Shown: in pieces, positions 26,309 to 47,794 of the stretch
Position numbering within the stretch: the first letter of the stretch is position 1
Layout of the letters: every line of letters starts with the position of its first letter
Source: Bigelowiella natans CCMP2755
Taxonomy: Eukaryota; Protista; Cercozoa
Length of the DNA: 64,000 bases
Assembly (NCBI GenBank): GCA_000320545.1
Contig: ADNK01000875.1
Coordinates: 310,001-374,000 of the forward strand
Direction: 5' to 3'
Notes under the pieces: generated by a model
What the model was told of the DNA's origin: nothing
What the model saw: only the letters and a program-made list of their open reading frames with translations
The model's database searches: none
Translations under genes and position numbers: made by a program

Positions 26309-26568
26309 GCATGCACAACAACATGAAGCCACGCAATTTTCAATCAGATCAATAGCTAAGCTTTCGATCAGATGGGAAAAGCGTTGCAATTGAGTGCCCT
26401 TTCTCATTTGCAAGCGAGGCATTTTGAAAAACATCTTTCGGCAAGCGTTTTGATAGGAATTGAAACAAAGCATTTGAAAATCATTTGTGTTCACTTAAAA
26501 TATTTGATTTTTGTTGCTGTCAAAGATCATTACTCGCTCATTTTTTGCTAAAGTCACATGATCTCAGC

Positions 26569-27639
26569 TTACGGGGTGTTATCACCATCCATAAATCTTG
26601 ACATGAAGCGTGAGACTTTCTTTTTCGGCCCTTTACTTTTCGCTTGTTTGGTGCTCGTGCTTCCTGGAAATTAAACCGTTTTGCTTTCAACAGGTAAAAG
26701 GGAAAAACAAAAAGAAAAAGAAAACCTAGATTTCTATCAAATTATATCGCTCAGGTACATTCTTTCGTTTAGAGAATTATCCTTTTAAATTTTCGACAGA
26801 ATCATCATCATACCTCCTTCGGCCACGATTCCACGTGTACCTTTGATAAATGGTTTCTCACGCTCACCGGCGGTAGCTACAGATCCCTGGAATCTCTCCA
26901 CTATTTCACCGGTAAACGCATGCGTTGTCTTCCTGGCCAATTTTGCACTCCCCTCCACCGATTTAGCTTGAAGTTGCTTTTTCTTCCCGGTTGAAGGTTG
27001 TTGCCTTGCTGTTATCTTCTTCTCGATAATGCCGTAAGATCTCCTGCATTCCTCCACAAATTGAGCCCGGGCTTCAGGCGAGTCTATAGGCTCTGCAGGA
27101 AGCTGTTTTATTTCTGATCTGTCAGCCTCATTTGCCTTGCTGACGACAGGCTTAGCGTGGGTAGCCCCCCCCCGCTCCTCCGCCCTCCTAGGCAGCACCG
27201 CTATCTCCGCTGGCGTCTGCAGAATTCTAATAGCTTTTAGAGTGTCGTTCTCATCGAGACCGATCCCTGGACTAGTTTTCACGCAGTATTTCTTTATATG
27301 CTTTTTGTACCTTCCATAGAAGGGGGAAGGGGGAGAGGGGGGGTTGAAGTTGTACACTGAGCGCTCAGGCGTGGTTTACGGTTGGGAGTAGGGAAAGAGG
27401 ACCTGAAATGCCTCGAGACGTCTATGTCGTCAATCACGACGTAGCTTCGTACTTCGTCCTTTTATGTACACATGATGAGTGCACGGTAAGATAGAGTTAT
27501 TGATTCCAAGTCCTCTGCTGAGGTAGAGAGTACTCACTCACCCTATGATTTATGAGCCATTCGTATATTTGCTCTTGTCTGAATGGGCTTTCGTCGCTGG
27601 TGACGTCACGGAAACCCTCATGAATCCCGATCTAAAAGA

Positions 27640-27674
<35 letters not shown>

Positions 27675-28025
27675 ATGAAGAGGAGAAGGGGAGGAGGAGG
27701 AAGAGATAACGTGACGAAGTTCTACCAAGCCGCCCACCGCAGGAGAGGGGAAGATAGCATCTATGTGGAAAGTGTGCTGAAATCTTGTTGGGTTTGCAGC
27801 TAACTCACCTTGTTCAGTTCTTCGGTTACCCTGCTTCGGTGTGCAAATGTGCGCTTCCAATTTGATGAAAGCACTATCTCGCCTGAGAAAGAACGAAAAA
27901 CACCAATTATTGGACCATATTCACCTACTTCTGCGACCACACTATTGCGATTACAAGGGGCGCACTCGGTCACGATGCGAGCTAAGAGCGTGAGGGCCTG
28001 AGGAGAGCAACACCCACAAGTACGC

Positions 28026-28104
<79 letters not shown>

Positions 28105-28358
28105 CAAAAAAGGATAATGTAAAGGAGAGGAGGAGACAGCCAAGGGGATATGAAGAAGAAGACAAAGAAGAAAAAGAAGCCGGAGGACGAGAAGGAAGAT
28201 CGATGACCTTCTCTGAGAAGCGGGGCCCTTTGGAGGTGTTTGCACGGTAGATGTTGCTGGTGCTGATGGGTACCTGAAAGACGAGCATATATTATGAACC
28301 ATGAAATAACATCCTGCGCATCGTCATGTCACTACATATTCTTTTACCAATAAATAAT

Positions 28359-28398
<40 letters not shown>

Positions 28399-28956
28399 AT
28401 GCGTCTTGTGTGTATGCTTGATGAACGTATCCAGTGTCGGAGGAGCGTGTCTCAACAGATAATATCATCATGCCAAGGATGATGAGAATGTGTCTCAACA
28501 GATAATATCATCATGCCAAGGATGATGAGAATAGAACTGTTCCATAAAAGTCTTCACAACTCATAAGAATATGTTATGCACACAGTAGCAAACACTGCAA
28601 TCATAGAGTAGTAGTGGTAGTAGTAGCAGTACCAAAACCCCGTCCACGTCAAGGAAGATAATATTCACTCGCTTCTTTCTCATTGAACCATTATTTCGCC
28701 TCTCACTTTTCGGCAGCTGCGCGCTGCTGGCATCCTATATGCACATACAAAATTCCAAAGCGTATAAGTTGTACCCTGTTACGTGGGATGATGATGACAA
28801 GGCAAATGGTGGTGAAGATGATGAGGATGATGATTCCATAGGACTCAACGCCCAAACGCCTAGTGCTGCTGTGTGTTTCATCGTGGTTAGCAGCTCATAA
28901 TTCGATGAGGGATACAGTATATATTCTATCCTTCCCTTTCATCTTCCGTATATGTG

Positions 28957-28990
<34 letters not shown>

Positions 28991-29885
28991 TTTATTTATA
29001 TACACACATATATATAATATGAATTGCCTCCTCAAGGATGTGGTTGTACTACCCCATTGCCCCCCATTGTCGTCATCAAATTGTAAATGTCTGCGGGAGA
29101 GCTTATTTTCTTTGATCCTCCTCCCCTCTCCTTGTTGCTGTGCTTCTCTTCCGTCTCTTCCGTATCATCCTTGGTCTCTTCATCATCAATTTCTCCAAGG
29201 GCATCCCAAAATTCACCAAATTCCCTATCTTCTTCGCTTTGCAAAGTACCATCGCCTTTCTCGTCCTCTCCTGAATCGAGACCTGTCTGCTGTTTCTTCG
29301 TATGCTTTTTTTCTTTCTCATCCTCCTCATCCTCCTCATATGGTTCTCTGATTTCCATGATTCCTAGGTCGTCGTTATTCAGACTATTAATGGAATCAGA
29401 GCCAACATGCAAAGGCAAGCACACATCGGCAAGACAAGCAAGCTCGTGTGAGTAAATACCGCCGCCAACATCGAAAACTCCCATCTGCCCTTTATCGCCA
29501 TCATCACCTTTCCAAGTGGATAAATTAGGAGATTCCTTGTAGCACATTAAAAGAACATCGTCTTGCAACAAACGCATTCAATTTTTTTTTAAATTAGCAA
29601 ACAAAAACGTAAATACAATTCTTTCTTGTATTAGAAGATCATCGGTACATCATCATTTATTTGCATTGGAACATGAAGAGTCACTGCAATTTGTGCTTTT
29701 ACTACATTTTTTTGCTGCGAACAGTTGCTCCGTGACTTCCTTCTGCTCGTTTATAGAGGTTCTCCGCTTAATCATCCTAATTATTGCAATCAATAATACG
29801 TTTGCCGTAGTCGCTCGTTTTGTGATATGAATACATGTTCAGTCAGTCTTAGATGTAGATGAACATGTAACATACGTGTGTGTGT

Positions 29886-29923
<38 letters not shown>

Positions 29924-30718
29924 TTGACGAACACGGGAAGAAGTTGTGATGCTATATTTAGGGATGATTGATGATAGTAAACTACCCTTCGAGTTTCTCC
30001 TTATTCCATTCGATTCTGCGCGAAATAATCCCGCATGCCTTCCCAAATAACGGTGGATTAATCTCAAAATTGTGACATCCATCCGGAGAATATCGTCGAG
30101 CTAGCCAGCAAAACGTATATATACATACGATATTTGAATAATTACTTGTTTGGCACTTCGTTCCACATAGTAGTTCGCACCGAGGAGAGCCATAATTTCG
30201 TTTGTGTGCTGAAAGTTTTTGGCAAGGTCAATTTTAGAACAATATCTGGATATAGCTCGTGGTAAGTGTTGTATTGAAGAGGAGGATGATTGGACCTGGA
30301 GATGGCCATTAAAAAATGCTTTCTTACCGAAAGGAACCATCACCTAAGAAAAATGGATGTAAGGGATTCGATTGCATTTCGTCTGAATCAGCAAGCGCTT
30401 AAAAAGATCCTCCAGCGCTTCTTAATTTTGCTCTACCGGATATCGAACTTGGTCCGGCAGGTTCTTTATGGTATCATGAAGCCCTTTCAATTCCAATTCA
30501 TACTCTTCAAGTGCATTGATAGACGCACTCACCTTCTCCAGCTCGTAGTTCAGCCTTACAAGAAACATTGATTGGTATGCTCATCGAGGAAAGAATAAGT
30601 AATTAGGCATTATAACTTACAGAGTCCGAGTTCGATCTGCCGCATCCGCCTTATTCTTCTCGTTGATATCCCCTGTGCCAGTCGAAGAAGACGGGTTGGG
30701 GCGGGCAGCAGACGCCAT
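26569..30718 (-). CDS. URI1: Unconventional prefoldin RPB5 interactor URI1/Bud27 homologue, multi-exon
   Basis: Alpha-prefoldin motif VMVPFGKKAFFNGHLQ / HTNEIMALLGANYYVERSAKQ; acidic region with IMEIREPYEEDEEDE; AFTGEIVER motif; C-terminal URI box KKKVSRFMSRF before the stop at 26569. Confidence 0.85.
28447..28531. repeat. Intronic tandem duplication of about 43 bp
   Basis: gtgtctcaacagataatatcatcatgccaaggatgatgagaa occurs twice in tandem. Confidence 0.9.
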
Positions 30719-30954
30719 CGCCTGTTGGGGACAGTGCACTCGTACGAACTGCCTTCTAATATTGATTCGTATAGAGTTGTTGGTTTGGTTGTTGTTAGGT
30801 TGACCAAAAATCACCGAGAATTGATCATGAGAACCACGAGGACGAAGACAGCAAGAATAAACAACAGCAACAGCGTTCTCCAAATCCGATCACCGCCGGT
30901 AACACATGCCGTCAAAGTTTAGTTTCGATAGTCTTTCTCCATGCTCCTGACAAC

Positions 30955-31068
30955 AGCGAAGAACAGCAAGAAGAACAGCAAGAAGAATAACAAGAAGAAC
31001 AGCAAGAAGAATAACAAGAAGAACAGCAAGAAGAATAAGCAGAAGAACAGCAAGAAGAACAGCGAAGA
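30955..31068. repeat. 12-bp minisatellite (AAGAAGAACAGC-like, about 9 degenerate units) in the divergent URI1 / Tudor-gene spacer
   Basis: Directly visible: gaacagcaagaagaacagcaagaagaataacaagaagaacagc... Confidence 0.85.
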
Positions 31069-31336
31069 ATTCGTGAGAAACCCTGAAACCCCGAGAAACG
31101 AGAAGACAGAAGAGGAAGCGCTGCCATCAATTCGCCATCATTCTGGAAAGTTACGATGATGATGGAGTAGCAGCTATCACCAACGAAGAAGGATCACCTC
31201 TCTCTCGTCCTTCCTTCCACATAGATCTACGCAGTCTTGTGTCTTAAAAATCCGGTTTTAGTGGATACTCGAAACACGCAAGTACCTTGGTACAAGGAGC
31301 AAGCGGTTTGGTGTTTCAAGTCCAGCTTTTATCATC

Positions 31337-32946
31337 ATGAGGCGCCGCTCTTCGCGAATTGAAGATCGAAGAAGGAAGTTGATGGAAAGCAAAAATATAA
31401 ACAGGCAGTTACGACGCTCAAGGCGTCGCCGAGCTGAGGTTTCTCCCACGTTGTCCACATGCAGGTCTCTCCTGGTAGCGAGGAAAGCCAAACGACAGAA
31501 ACTTGAGCCCAAATCTTCATCTTCAGAATTGAAAAAAATGGCTGCTGTTTCAAAACATAGCCCTGGAAAAAAAAATCAGCCTAAACAGCACCGTGATACT
31601 ACGATGGACATAGGAGCCATGAGTGTGAACTCTATCATTGGCTACCTGGATAACACTAACTTTGGGAAGGAGTGTGCCTACAAAGAAATGGCTCTACAAC
31701 TCAAAAAATTATCTGACCGTTTCAATCAAAAAAGAACACGGTTCCATTTTCTCACCGCATTGCGAAATACGTCTTGTTTTGAGCCATGCCTTGAGTATCT
31801 TTCGGGACGTGATCTAGTCAACCTAACCAGTTGTTCGAGGGACTACAATAGAATTGTTCGCCATTTTGCAAAGAGAAAGATCAAGAAGGTAATTACCTTG
31901 TCTTGCTCTCATGTGAGCTCTAAATAATACCTGGTGGATATTCTGTTCATAATTTCCTCAGATTATAGGCGAACCGAGAGGTAGAACATTCAGGGTCGTC
32001 CATTATGTCAAAGGAAAGGACGTCGATGTCCGAAAAGAGGTAGGTCATTCATTTCGGGTTTCTTACGGGAACAACAGAACTTGTGATCAATCTAAACTGC
32101 TGGAATATAACAGAAAAGGAGCGCGGAGGAAGCCCTGAGGAATTCATATAAGAAAATGAAGATGCAAGCCATTCAAAGAAAATTGAGGCAACGTGGGATC
32201 AAACGGCGAAGAGGGAAAAAAATTGATCTTATCGAGTAAAACTCCCGCTTCCTTCGACTTCGTAAATGTAATAAATATCTGAATTATTCTCAGGAAACTC
32301 ATATACCATGACAGCAAGGAAGCCATGGGCAACGAGATACCCACTCTGCAATATCTATGGGAACGCGAAAGCTTTCTTCCTTTCTACGTAATAATATATG
32401 AACGAGGAGCATAAGCTTTTTGTTTGTTAATACAGTATTAACTTTGTATTAGGTTGACCAGTGGCTGGATGCGAAAGACACCACTAATAAATGGCTGGAA
32501 GCACAGATCAAGGAAGTGCAAGGGACCAGTGTTGCAATCCATTACAAAGGATGGAAGAAAAAGTAACTGCCACTGCTTTTTTTAATATTTACAACGTCAC
32601 CCATCACGTCGCCCATCCATCCAGCCTTATATATCATATAATATAGGTACGATGAATGGCTAGACCTTAGCAAAGGCTCCTCAGATTGGAATAGGTAGTA
32701 GAATATTGTATGTGTTTCTGTCCTCCGAATGAAGCATTCAATGGTATGGCTTAGGGTTGCTCGACCTCTGTCACGATTCCATGAACACCCGGATGTTATT
32801 CCGCATCACGCCAAGTTTCGCAAATGGGTAATGAAGAAGGAAGCAATATTTAAAATCCCTCTTAGCATACCGGCGCATTGTGCTCTTACGATAAAATATC
32901 TACCTCGCATAGAGTGCATCGATGTAGACAGATGTACAATAATAAA

Positions 32947-32981
<35 letters not shown>

Positions 32982-33443
32982 TCATCATCATCAATCAGCT
33001 TACGACCGGATTCCTCTACAATTTCTCAAAAGTGGTTATAATGGCGCACGACACCACCGAAAAGTGGGTTGAGGCATCAATCATTGGGTACAGGAATTGT
33101 GGATCAAATTGTGCACAGGTAAGATAACAGTGTTCAATATCCTGGTATGCGACAAAACTCCTTGTAGTTATGTTATTATGATAATAATTGCTAGGTTCGG
33201 GTGACCTATCATGGGTGGGATTCGAAGTATAATGAATGGATCGACGTAGATTCATATAGACTTGCGCCAAGGCTCAACTTTCCACCTCCCGAATTCCCAG
33301 CAAGCTCCAGATTCAACTTCCCGCCTCCCCAGCGTGTGCAAGCTGATCATCCTGGGGCGGCGGACATTGGAATGAGGAGGCACGTGGATCCTAGTGCTCC
33401 AGTGTGGCACATTCCCACAAGAACTGCGCCAGGCTTTGAGTAG
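31337..33443 (+). CDS. Multi-exon protein with F-box-like motif and two Tudor-knot/chromo-barrel domains; start uncertain
   Basis: CLEYLSGRDLVNLTSCSRDYNRIV (F-box-like); VDQWLDAKDTTNKWLEAQIKEVQGTSVAIHYKGWKKK-YDEWLDL; MAHDTTEKWVEASIIG...VRVTYHGWDSKYNEWIDVDSYRLAPR. Confidence 0.7.
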
Positions 33444-34371
33444 CTGGAGAAGCGCCGTGCATATGTAAAGTGGACGCACGATCTATGAACACATACTCGA
33501 AGCATTACATGCGCAAGATCTGTTAGTTTCGCAAATATAGAACCACTGCTAGAAGCAGTACCACTGCTAAAAGCTTCAATGGATGTACAATGTCTAATTA
33601 GATGTATATAATCATTGCGTTGCATGAATTATCATTAACAGACTAAGCGCAGTGTGATCGCATGAGAATATTGTCATTATGGATCATTTACGTACGTAAT
33701 ATTTGTACGTTTATCATTCCGATGGTTGTACTGCTTACGTAATCTCTAGATCTGTACACAAGCTAAGCATGCTAGATTAGCCACGAACCTGTTCACCGGC
33801 GGCTTATGTGTACAGCGTATACTTTGTTTGCGTGCAAGCAGGTCACTTCTGTTCTCACTTCAACACATGATATGCGCCAGTGCGCGCGCAGCATGCATAC
33901 ATTGCTAGATTGACTTATCAGTTGTGCGCAGCACATCTTACTAGCTTTGCTAGTTATTAGTACCCCGGTAGATATATTCGCTTGCATCCCTAGATTTTAT
34001 AGTGCATGCTATGTACAAGCATGCTAGCATGCACATCTACACAAAAATAGCCGAGCTATGTCTCATCCACGCTAGCCATGTCGTGTGAGGCAATATAGCT
34101 GCATTTCGCATTGTGTACTCTGCTCATCGATCATTGCACAGTTCTAACGTAACGACAACTACACCTGACTCCTGCAGTTGTGTAATGGCGCTAAACGCAT
34201 CACACATACCGTTAGTAATCCATATGTATACCCTCTAAATTCGCAGCCAATGTATAGTCTAGGATTCTTGCACAGCTGTCCTTCGTGTAAAGTTGTCGGG
34301 CCAGTCTAGTATCACCAGCTTCTGCTCGCCTTGCTTTATGTTGTTTCTGCTTCATGAGACAACTGAAGGTA

Positions 34372-41287
<6,916 letters not shown>

Positions 41288-42134
41288 CCTAAATGAACAG
41301 AAAATCAGGTACACATTCGGGAAAACATCGATCGTGCGTCGTCGCAAGGAAAACATATTTGCTGAAGACCAGCCCCCTCTATGGCTATCTTCTTCATGCT
41401 GAGGCTGACCTATCGTACGCGGACGTATGATCACACCTGAATTTACATTATGAATATCGAGGGGGGAGGGGGGCATGCATGGCTCGGGAGGTGGACCTGT
41501 TCCAACGGGGTGGTGGGGTCCTGCTTTCGGTCGGTTGCAGGAAGGCCTTTGTGTTGGGCCGATTTTTCGAAGTAGAAATACGTTGTCGTAGGGAGAAAAT
41601 CGCATCCTTTTTCTTTGCTCGCGAGCCTCCGCCGATGATGTCGATCTCAGTGCGAGGCCTTCTCGTGAGCGCGCTCCCGGTAAGTTTATTTAGGATATCT
41701 TCGTGTAAAACAATTTCAGATCTCACCTGGGAGAAGATGGGTACCATCCAAGTGACCGTCTTCGAGCGACGAAAAGCATAGGAGTGTTTTAGATATTTTT
41801 GGTATATATTGTTTCCCAAAATCCACTTTGGAACTCTGGAATTCGAACGTCATCTCAATCAGCACACACCCACCACCCGTGGCTGCGACTCCTGTGAGAG
41901 GGGAAGAAGCGGTAGTGCCCTCCAAAAAGCTTTCCTCTGCAGACTGATCCGCCTCTCCGGCTGAATTCTTCGCGCGGACATCCAACATATACAGCATTGC
42001 GTGATGCCAGAGAGGCAAACTGCACAGGTCGACGATCTTTTTCCATGAACCAATTCATCATCATCCATGACCCTTTTTATATCGATCACATACACAGGGC
42101 AACCCACCGCCAGAAGACCTCCCCTTTCATCCAA

Positions 42135-42736
42135 ATGCTACAATCCACGATGTCCTCAAGGTGATAAATCGGCTATGAATTGTTCCTTGTCCGAAATTCG
42201 AAGCTGCTGAGTATGAATTTGTGGTCTGAAGACGTTGTATGTAATCGATTCCTCTCACACCTCCTGCGACCACACAGCAAATACAAGTATGCGTGGAAGA
42301 GGATCATGAAATTGAAAAGGAGCTTGAGGGCCTTCTGGGTAAGGAGTAACGTCACAAAGGAGATAGAATCGTAGAACTGACGGCCACGCACAACTACAAA
42401 CACGCATCGCTCTCTCATGTGCACACATCCCCGTCCGTGCCGTCCTTTTGCTCATTTCCCACCGCCCCCCGTCCGCTCTCCCCCCTCCCCCCTTCCCCCG
42501 TACAGCCGAACGCGAAACACTCGAGTCTCAGATTGACCGTATCATGTACCCCGCCGAAGCTCACTCCCTTAAACAAAACATGGGTTCTCTCACAAACAAA
42601 ATCAGAGACACGGCGGTTACTGCATACAGGTTAACTACTATTACTACTCCTCATCATCACAAACGACCCTACTCTGATAGTGCTGCTGGCTTTGTACTTT
42701 GACTGTTCCCCCGCTCCGCCTTTTCCTTTGCTGTCA

Positions 42737-42772
<36 letters not shown>

Positions 42773-43345
42773 CCTTTCGTCCAAAGTCCGCCGGTTAGAC
42801 GTTGCTCAAGCCCGCCTCGAAGAAGCTATTCACAGAGTGGACACGATTGTCAATCTCAAAACTACTATAGACAAGTACTAGTAGTAGCAGCAGTTATGGC
42901 ACGACGCACCCCCCCCCCTCATGGGATAAGCTATGTGGAAGACAGTAGGGTGGTAATAGCTCCTCATTCATTTTCCACTTCTCCTCAGGGTCAATGCAAT
43001 GATAGAGAAGAGACAGTACGACCAAGCGGCGAAGTAATAGAACTACTGAAGAAGATGACGGGGAAGAAGAAGAAACAGAGATAGAAGAGGGATACGGAGA
43101 GGAGGGAGGGAAGATGGGGATATTGATTCGTCTTCCCTTTGAATGCCCTGCACGTTGTTGTATTTTATTTTTTTGTTTTCATTATATTCCTCCCTCTATT
43201 GACCACCATCCCCTTGTTCAACAATCACGTAATGATAATGATAGTGATGATAATGATGATAATGATGATGATAATCTTCACCAGGCTCACACATGGAGTG
43301 CTACATTCCCGCGATTCGAAGGCTCTTCCTAACGACTCGTACGCT

Positions 43346-43393
<48 letters not shown>

Positions 43394-43481
43394 CCCTTCT
43401 CCACAGCTTTGTAGTAAATCAGAAAAATCATCGTCGTTGTTTTCTGAACAAGTAGCCACAACTTCATTGCGTGTCTTCCAG

Positions 43482-43516
<35 letters not shown>

Positions 43517-45264
43517 CCGTTATTAGCATTTGATGGCATGTGATAGATTTCTCTCTCCCACCCCCTCCCTCCTCTGCCACCATCATCCCTGAAGTTCCTT
43601 CGAGGTGATTGCGGATTTGGAGAGGAAGTTGTTCAAGCTCGTCGTTAAGGTCCGACCGTAAACTAGCACATAGAACTCACGCTGCTGCTTCTGATCTTTA
43701 GTAATACTCTCATCCATCCCCTCCCTCACTTTGCAGGAGTGCGATCGCGCTGCTGTGAAGGCGTCGGAAGCAGCAAAGAGGAAGGTCAGAAGACCAAGGC
43801 GGCTTGTTTGTTGCCAACAACTCCTTTGTTCTCAGCTGCTCATGCTCATGATTTGACTCGTTTCTTGGGACTCCTCACCTCACTTAGTCCCCCCCCCCCC
43901 CTTTCTTGTTCTTCTTCTTCCCCCCCCAAGATACGATCTGCCGCATCGTCATCGTCAGGCAGTGATGACACCTCTACGAAGTCAGATCCTTTTGGCCTCC
44001 AAGACTCCAAAGATGGCGAATCCGGTGTGGTAGGGAGTGGTAGGGAGATGATCAAAATTAGGGAAGGGAAGGCGTTGTGGGGGTAATAGATCGAGAGTGG
44101 TCATCATTCACGTGCGTCGGTGAGAGGTAGAAATGGATGGCGTTAGATAATAGTTAATTATCTTGTAGGCGCTACTACAAAGGCGGAGCAAGTATCGCCC
44201 GAGTTCCGCAAAGTGTTCGACCTGTGCTTGATTCTCGCTTTGCTGGATAAGAAGCACCAGGGGCTAGGAAGATACTGCTTTGCTGCCCGAACGATGGTAT
44301 TGACAGGAGAGAAGCAGTTGTACAATGTCCTTCATTATGATGAATTTGCCGAAGAGTAATAAGAACCATCAGCAGCAGTTGCCTCATTGCTGATGAGGCC
44401 AGTTGTTGGAAGCACTCACACTCGACTTCTTCTTCTGCGTGCGTTTGCTTTCCCCCCTTAGCTTGTTCTGGGCTCCAAAAAGCTCCAGATTGGGAGCAAT
44501 CCGGTATTTGCACAACCCTCTTGTTTGTTGGGATGAACCTCATCTTCTTCATCATCATCACCATTATCATCATCATCATCATCATCATTACCACCACCAC
44601 CAACACCAACACCAACATCGACGACAACATATGTGCCGGTATGTTATTGAGTGGTCTGTATTTATTGATCTTGCTCATCCTCCTCCTCATCCTCATCCTT
44701 CTTCTTCTTCCCTTCAGGGGTCTGTCAAATACCCCGACCGGCTGTCCGAGATGTTAGACGCCATTGCGTTTTGCATACAGCTCCATATGGATCCACTCAG
44801 GGTCTCTCTCTCCCTCTCTCCCTCCCTCACCCCTTTTATATCTTGTCATCGTGCCTATTGTGCCTAACGTGCCTTTCGTTTGGTCATCTTCAAATTGCTG
44901 CCTCTCTCAGCTAGCAGCTTCTCTTTCCTTTGCCCTCCACCACCACCACCACCATCATCATTATCATCTTCATCCTGCTAACGATGCTGCTGCTGATGGT
45001 ACACCGCTTGGTAGGAGAGATTTGGCCCGGGCTCAGAGCTGCGATTAATTCAAGAACTAGTGGAGGAATGCGACAGCAAGGTAGTAGTCGCCACTATTTC
45101 CCGCCCCCCCCTCCTCCTTCCTTCTTCCTTCCCTGATGCTGCTGCTGCTGCTGCTACTGCCACGCACACGATCATTGCGAGAGCACGGATAAAACAACGA
45201 CGATGATGCTGTGAGCGGCCATCATTGCAGTACCGACATAGCAGCAGCACATAACACGACGACA

Positions 45265-45296
<32 letters not shown>

Positions 45297-45829
45297 CATC
45301 ATCATCATCATCATCATCATCCTCTCCTCCCTCTCCCCCTCAGATCCACCAGCTCGTGAAGCAGTTTATCGACACGAAAAAGATAGGAAAGATCGTCAAA
45401 GGTGTGCAGAAGCTGCGGCATGCACGCCATACCAACCGAAGGAGGGGAGGGGGCGGCGTAGGAGGAGGAGGAGACTCCAAGAACAGCCAAACTCAAGACA
45501 AAGGTGATGATGGTGCACTATATAGGAGAAGTAGTATGTACTATACAACTGTAGCCGTGAGGAGGCGGACAAGGAGAAGGAGGATGAGAGGGGGGGGGGA
45601 GCGTATGACTTGTGTGTGCGTTTGCACGGGGCAAATAAGCGGCTAGCGATGAGTGACAACGACCCTTAAGTAAAAAGTGATGAAATGTTGTTTATCTACC
45701 TACTAGGAGGGGGGAACAACAAGGGATTAGGAGGCCATTCTGGAGGTGGTGCGAGTGGTGGTGCGAGTGGTGGTGGGAGTGGTGGCTATGAACCCAAAAT
45801 GCTCGATGGACTGTTGGAAGAGGTTTGTG

Positions 45830-45863
<34 letters not shown>

Positions 45864-46706
45864 AAGCATCCATCCTCATCACCATCGTATTGTCGTCGTC
45901 GATGGGCCTCGTTACTGCTCCACCATCCGTTTTATCACTCGCTAATCTTGTCTTCTTCTTCTTCTTCTTCTTCTTCTTCTTCTTCTTCTCTTCCAGATTG
46001 CATATATTCTGAGAGAAATACAGATCTTCGACTACAACATAAGGTTTGCTTCGACTACTTTCTACGCGCGCGCGCGCGCGTGTGTGTGTAAATGATGTGG
46101 TATTGGTTGTGGTGGTGGTGGTTTTCTCCCCAACGAATCTCTCGCTATCTCTTGATGTCCGCTTCTTCACGATAGTCGTCGTTATGATCAACCATCACAG
46201 GCAAAGAGGTGATGCAGCTCGTAAGGAGCTGAAAGAAGCCCAATCCCAGGTTGTGATGAGCATTGAGAGAAGGAAGGAGGGGGAAACACCAAAAAGGAGG
46301 AAGAAGAACGAGATACGACGATGATGATAATGATGATTAATTACCTACCACTCGACTGCCCACGTATTCAAAGCAAATATACCCGCTCCCCCCCCCCTTC
46401 TTTAGCAAGCACTATGGAAGGCAATGTGTGAAGACCGGCTGAAGGACTCCCTACCGAGAACAACCAAGGTAGTAGTCCTGTGCAAAACCGCTGGGAAGCA
46501 TCCTGCTAATGCGTTGATACAATGGCTCATTTTTCGATGTTTTGCATATGTTAATGTTGTTACGTGTTGCTTGCAGGTCAATCAACTGCAGCAAGAACTA
46601 AGCGGCCACTACATCGTCATTGAGGTGAGCGAGCGCGCGTGCGCGTGCATGCGTGCGCGCTCGAGTTATGTCGTCATCATAATAATCCTCCTGCTCTCTC
46701 CCTCTC

Positions 46707-46743
<37 letters not shown>

Positions 46744-46753
46744 GTGCGCGCGC

Positions 46754-46795
<42 letters not shown>

Positions 46796-47329
46796 AGGAG
46801 TACTTCATGAACCAAGACGTGCAGACGGCAATAGAGCTTGACGACAACTCTGATAACGCGCAGACCACCTCGATGGTGAAGAATAACAAGATGATGATGA
46901 TGATGATGATGATGATGATATGACGATGGTGATGACGATGATTAGATGATGAAGATTATTATTTTTAGTATTGCTCTGCTTGAGTTCTGTCTGTACATAT
47001 CTGATAGCTGATGCGCGCTGCATATCCATACCCAGGTGGACGACGTGTTTTATATCCTGAAGAAATGCTCCGAGCGGGCGTTCTCCACGTGCGACATGAA
47101 CTCCGCTTGTGCAATCGTCAACCTGCTCAACAGCATGCTGCAAACCCTCTACAAAGATCAGGTGGTGGAGAAGGAGAGAGAGAGAGATTGGGGTCAAGAA
47201 ATGAGAGTTCTGTCCTATCGAACGACCTACTCTCTCCTTTACGTCTGGCTGTGGAGGATACATTTTGTGGTGTGATGTGTGACGTGTATGCGCATACTTT
47301 CACTTTCACGAACAACGATATTGCGTGTG

Positions 47330-47361
<32 letters not shown>

Positions 47362-47501
47362 ATACAATAGCTCTCGTCGAAGCTAGCGGTGTGCTGGGAG
47401 AAGACGCAACATCTTACGCAGCTCCTCTTTGCACAAGACCAGGGCAATCAAGAGAAGGTGCTACCACCGTGTGGGCATGATGATAGTAGTGGCGTTTCAA
47501 G

Positions 47502-47535
<34 letters not shown>

Positions 47536-47754
47536 AAAGATAAAGATGATGATGATGGTGATGGTGATGACACGTTGAGCATTCGAAAAACCAATGCTAC
47601 AGCAGGGTAGTACCTCCGAAAAACCTGCTGCTGGAAATGTGAAATCATCATCATCATCATCATCATCGTTTTTAGGTTGAATCTAGCATCATCACTGCTC
47701 TAAATAACATCCAAGTCAGCGCGGCACATATTGGAACCCTCAAGTAAGAAGCAG

Positions 47755-47794
<40 letters not shown>

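Noticed and set aside
30955-31068. Regular repeat considered as a CRISPR array or coding repeat
   Set aside because: 12-bp tandem units with no unique spacers, eukaryotic context and no cas genes.
41636-41756. Possible small spliced ORF (MMSISVRGLLVSALP / ISPGRRWVPSK) between EttA and COG4
   Set aside because: About 26 aa with no recognisable motif; more likely chance or UTR sequence.
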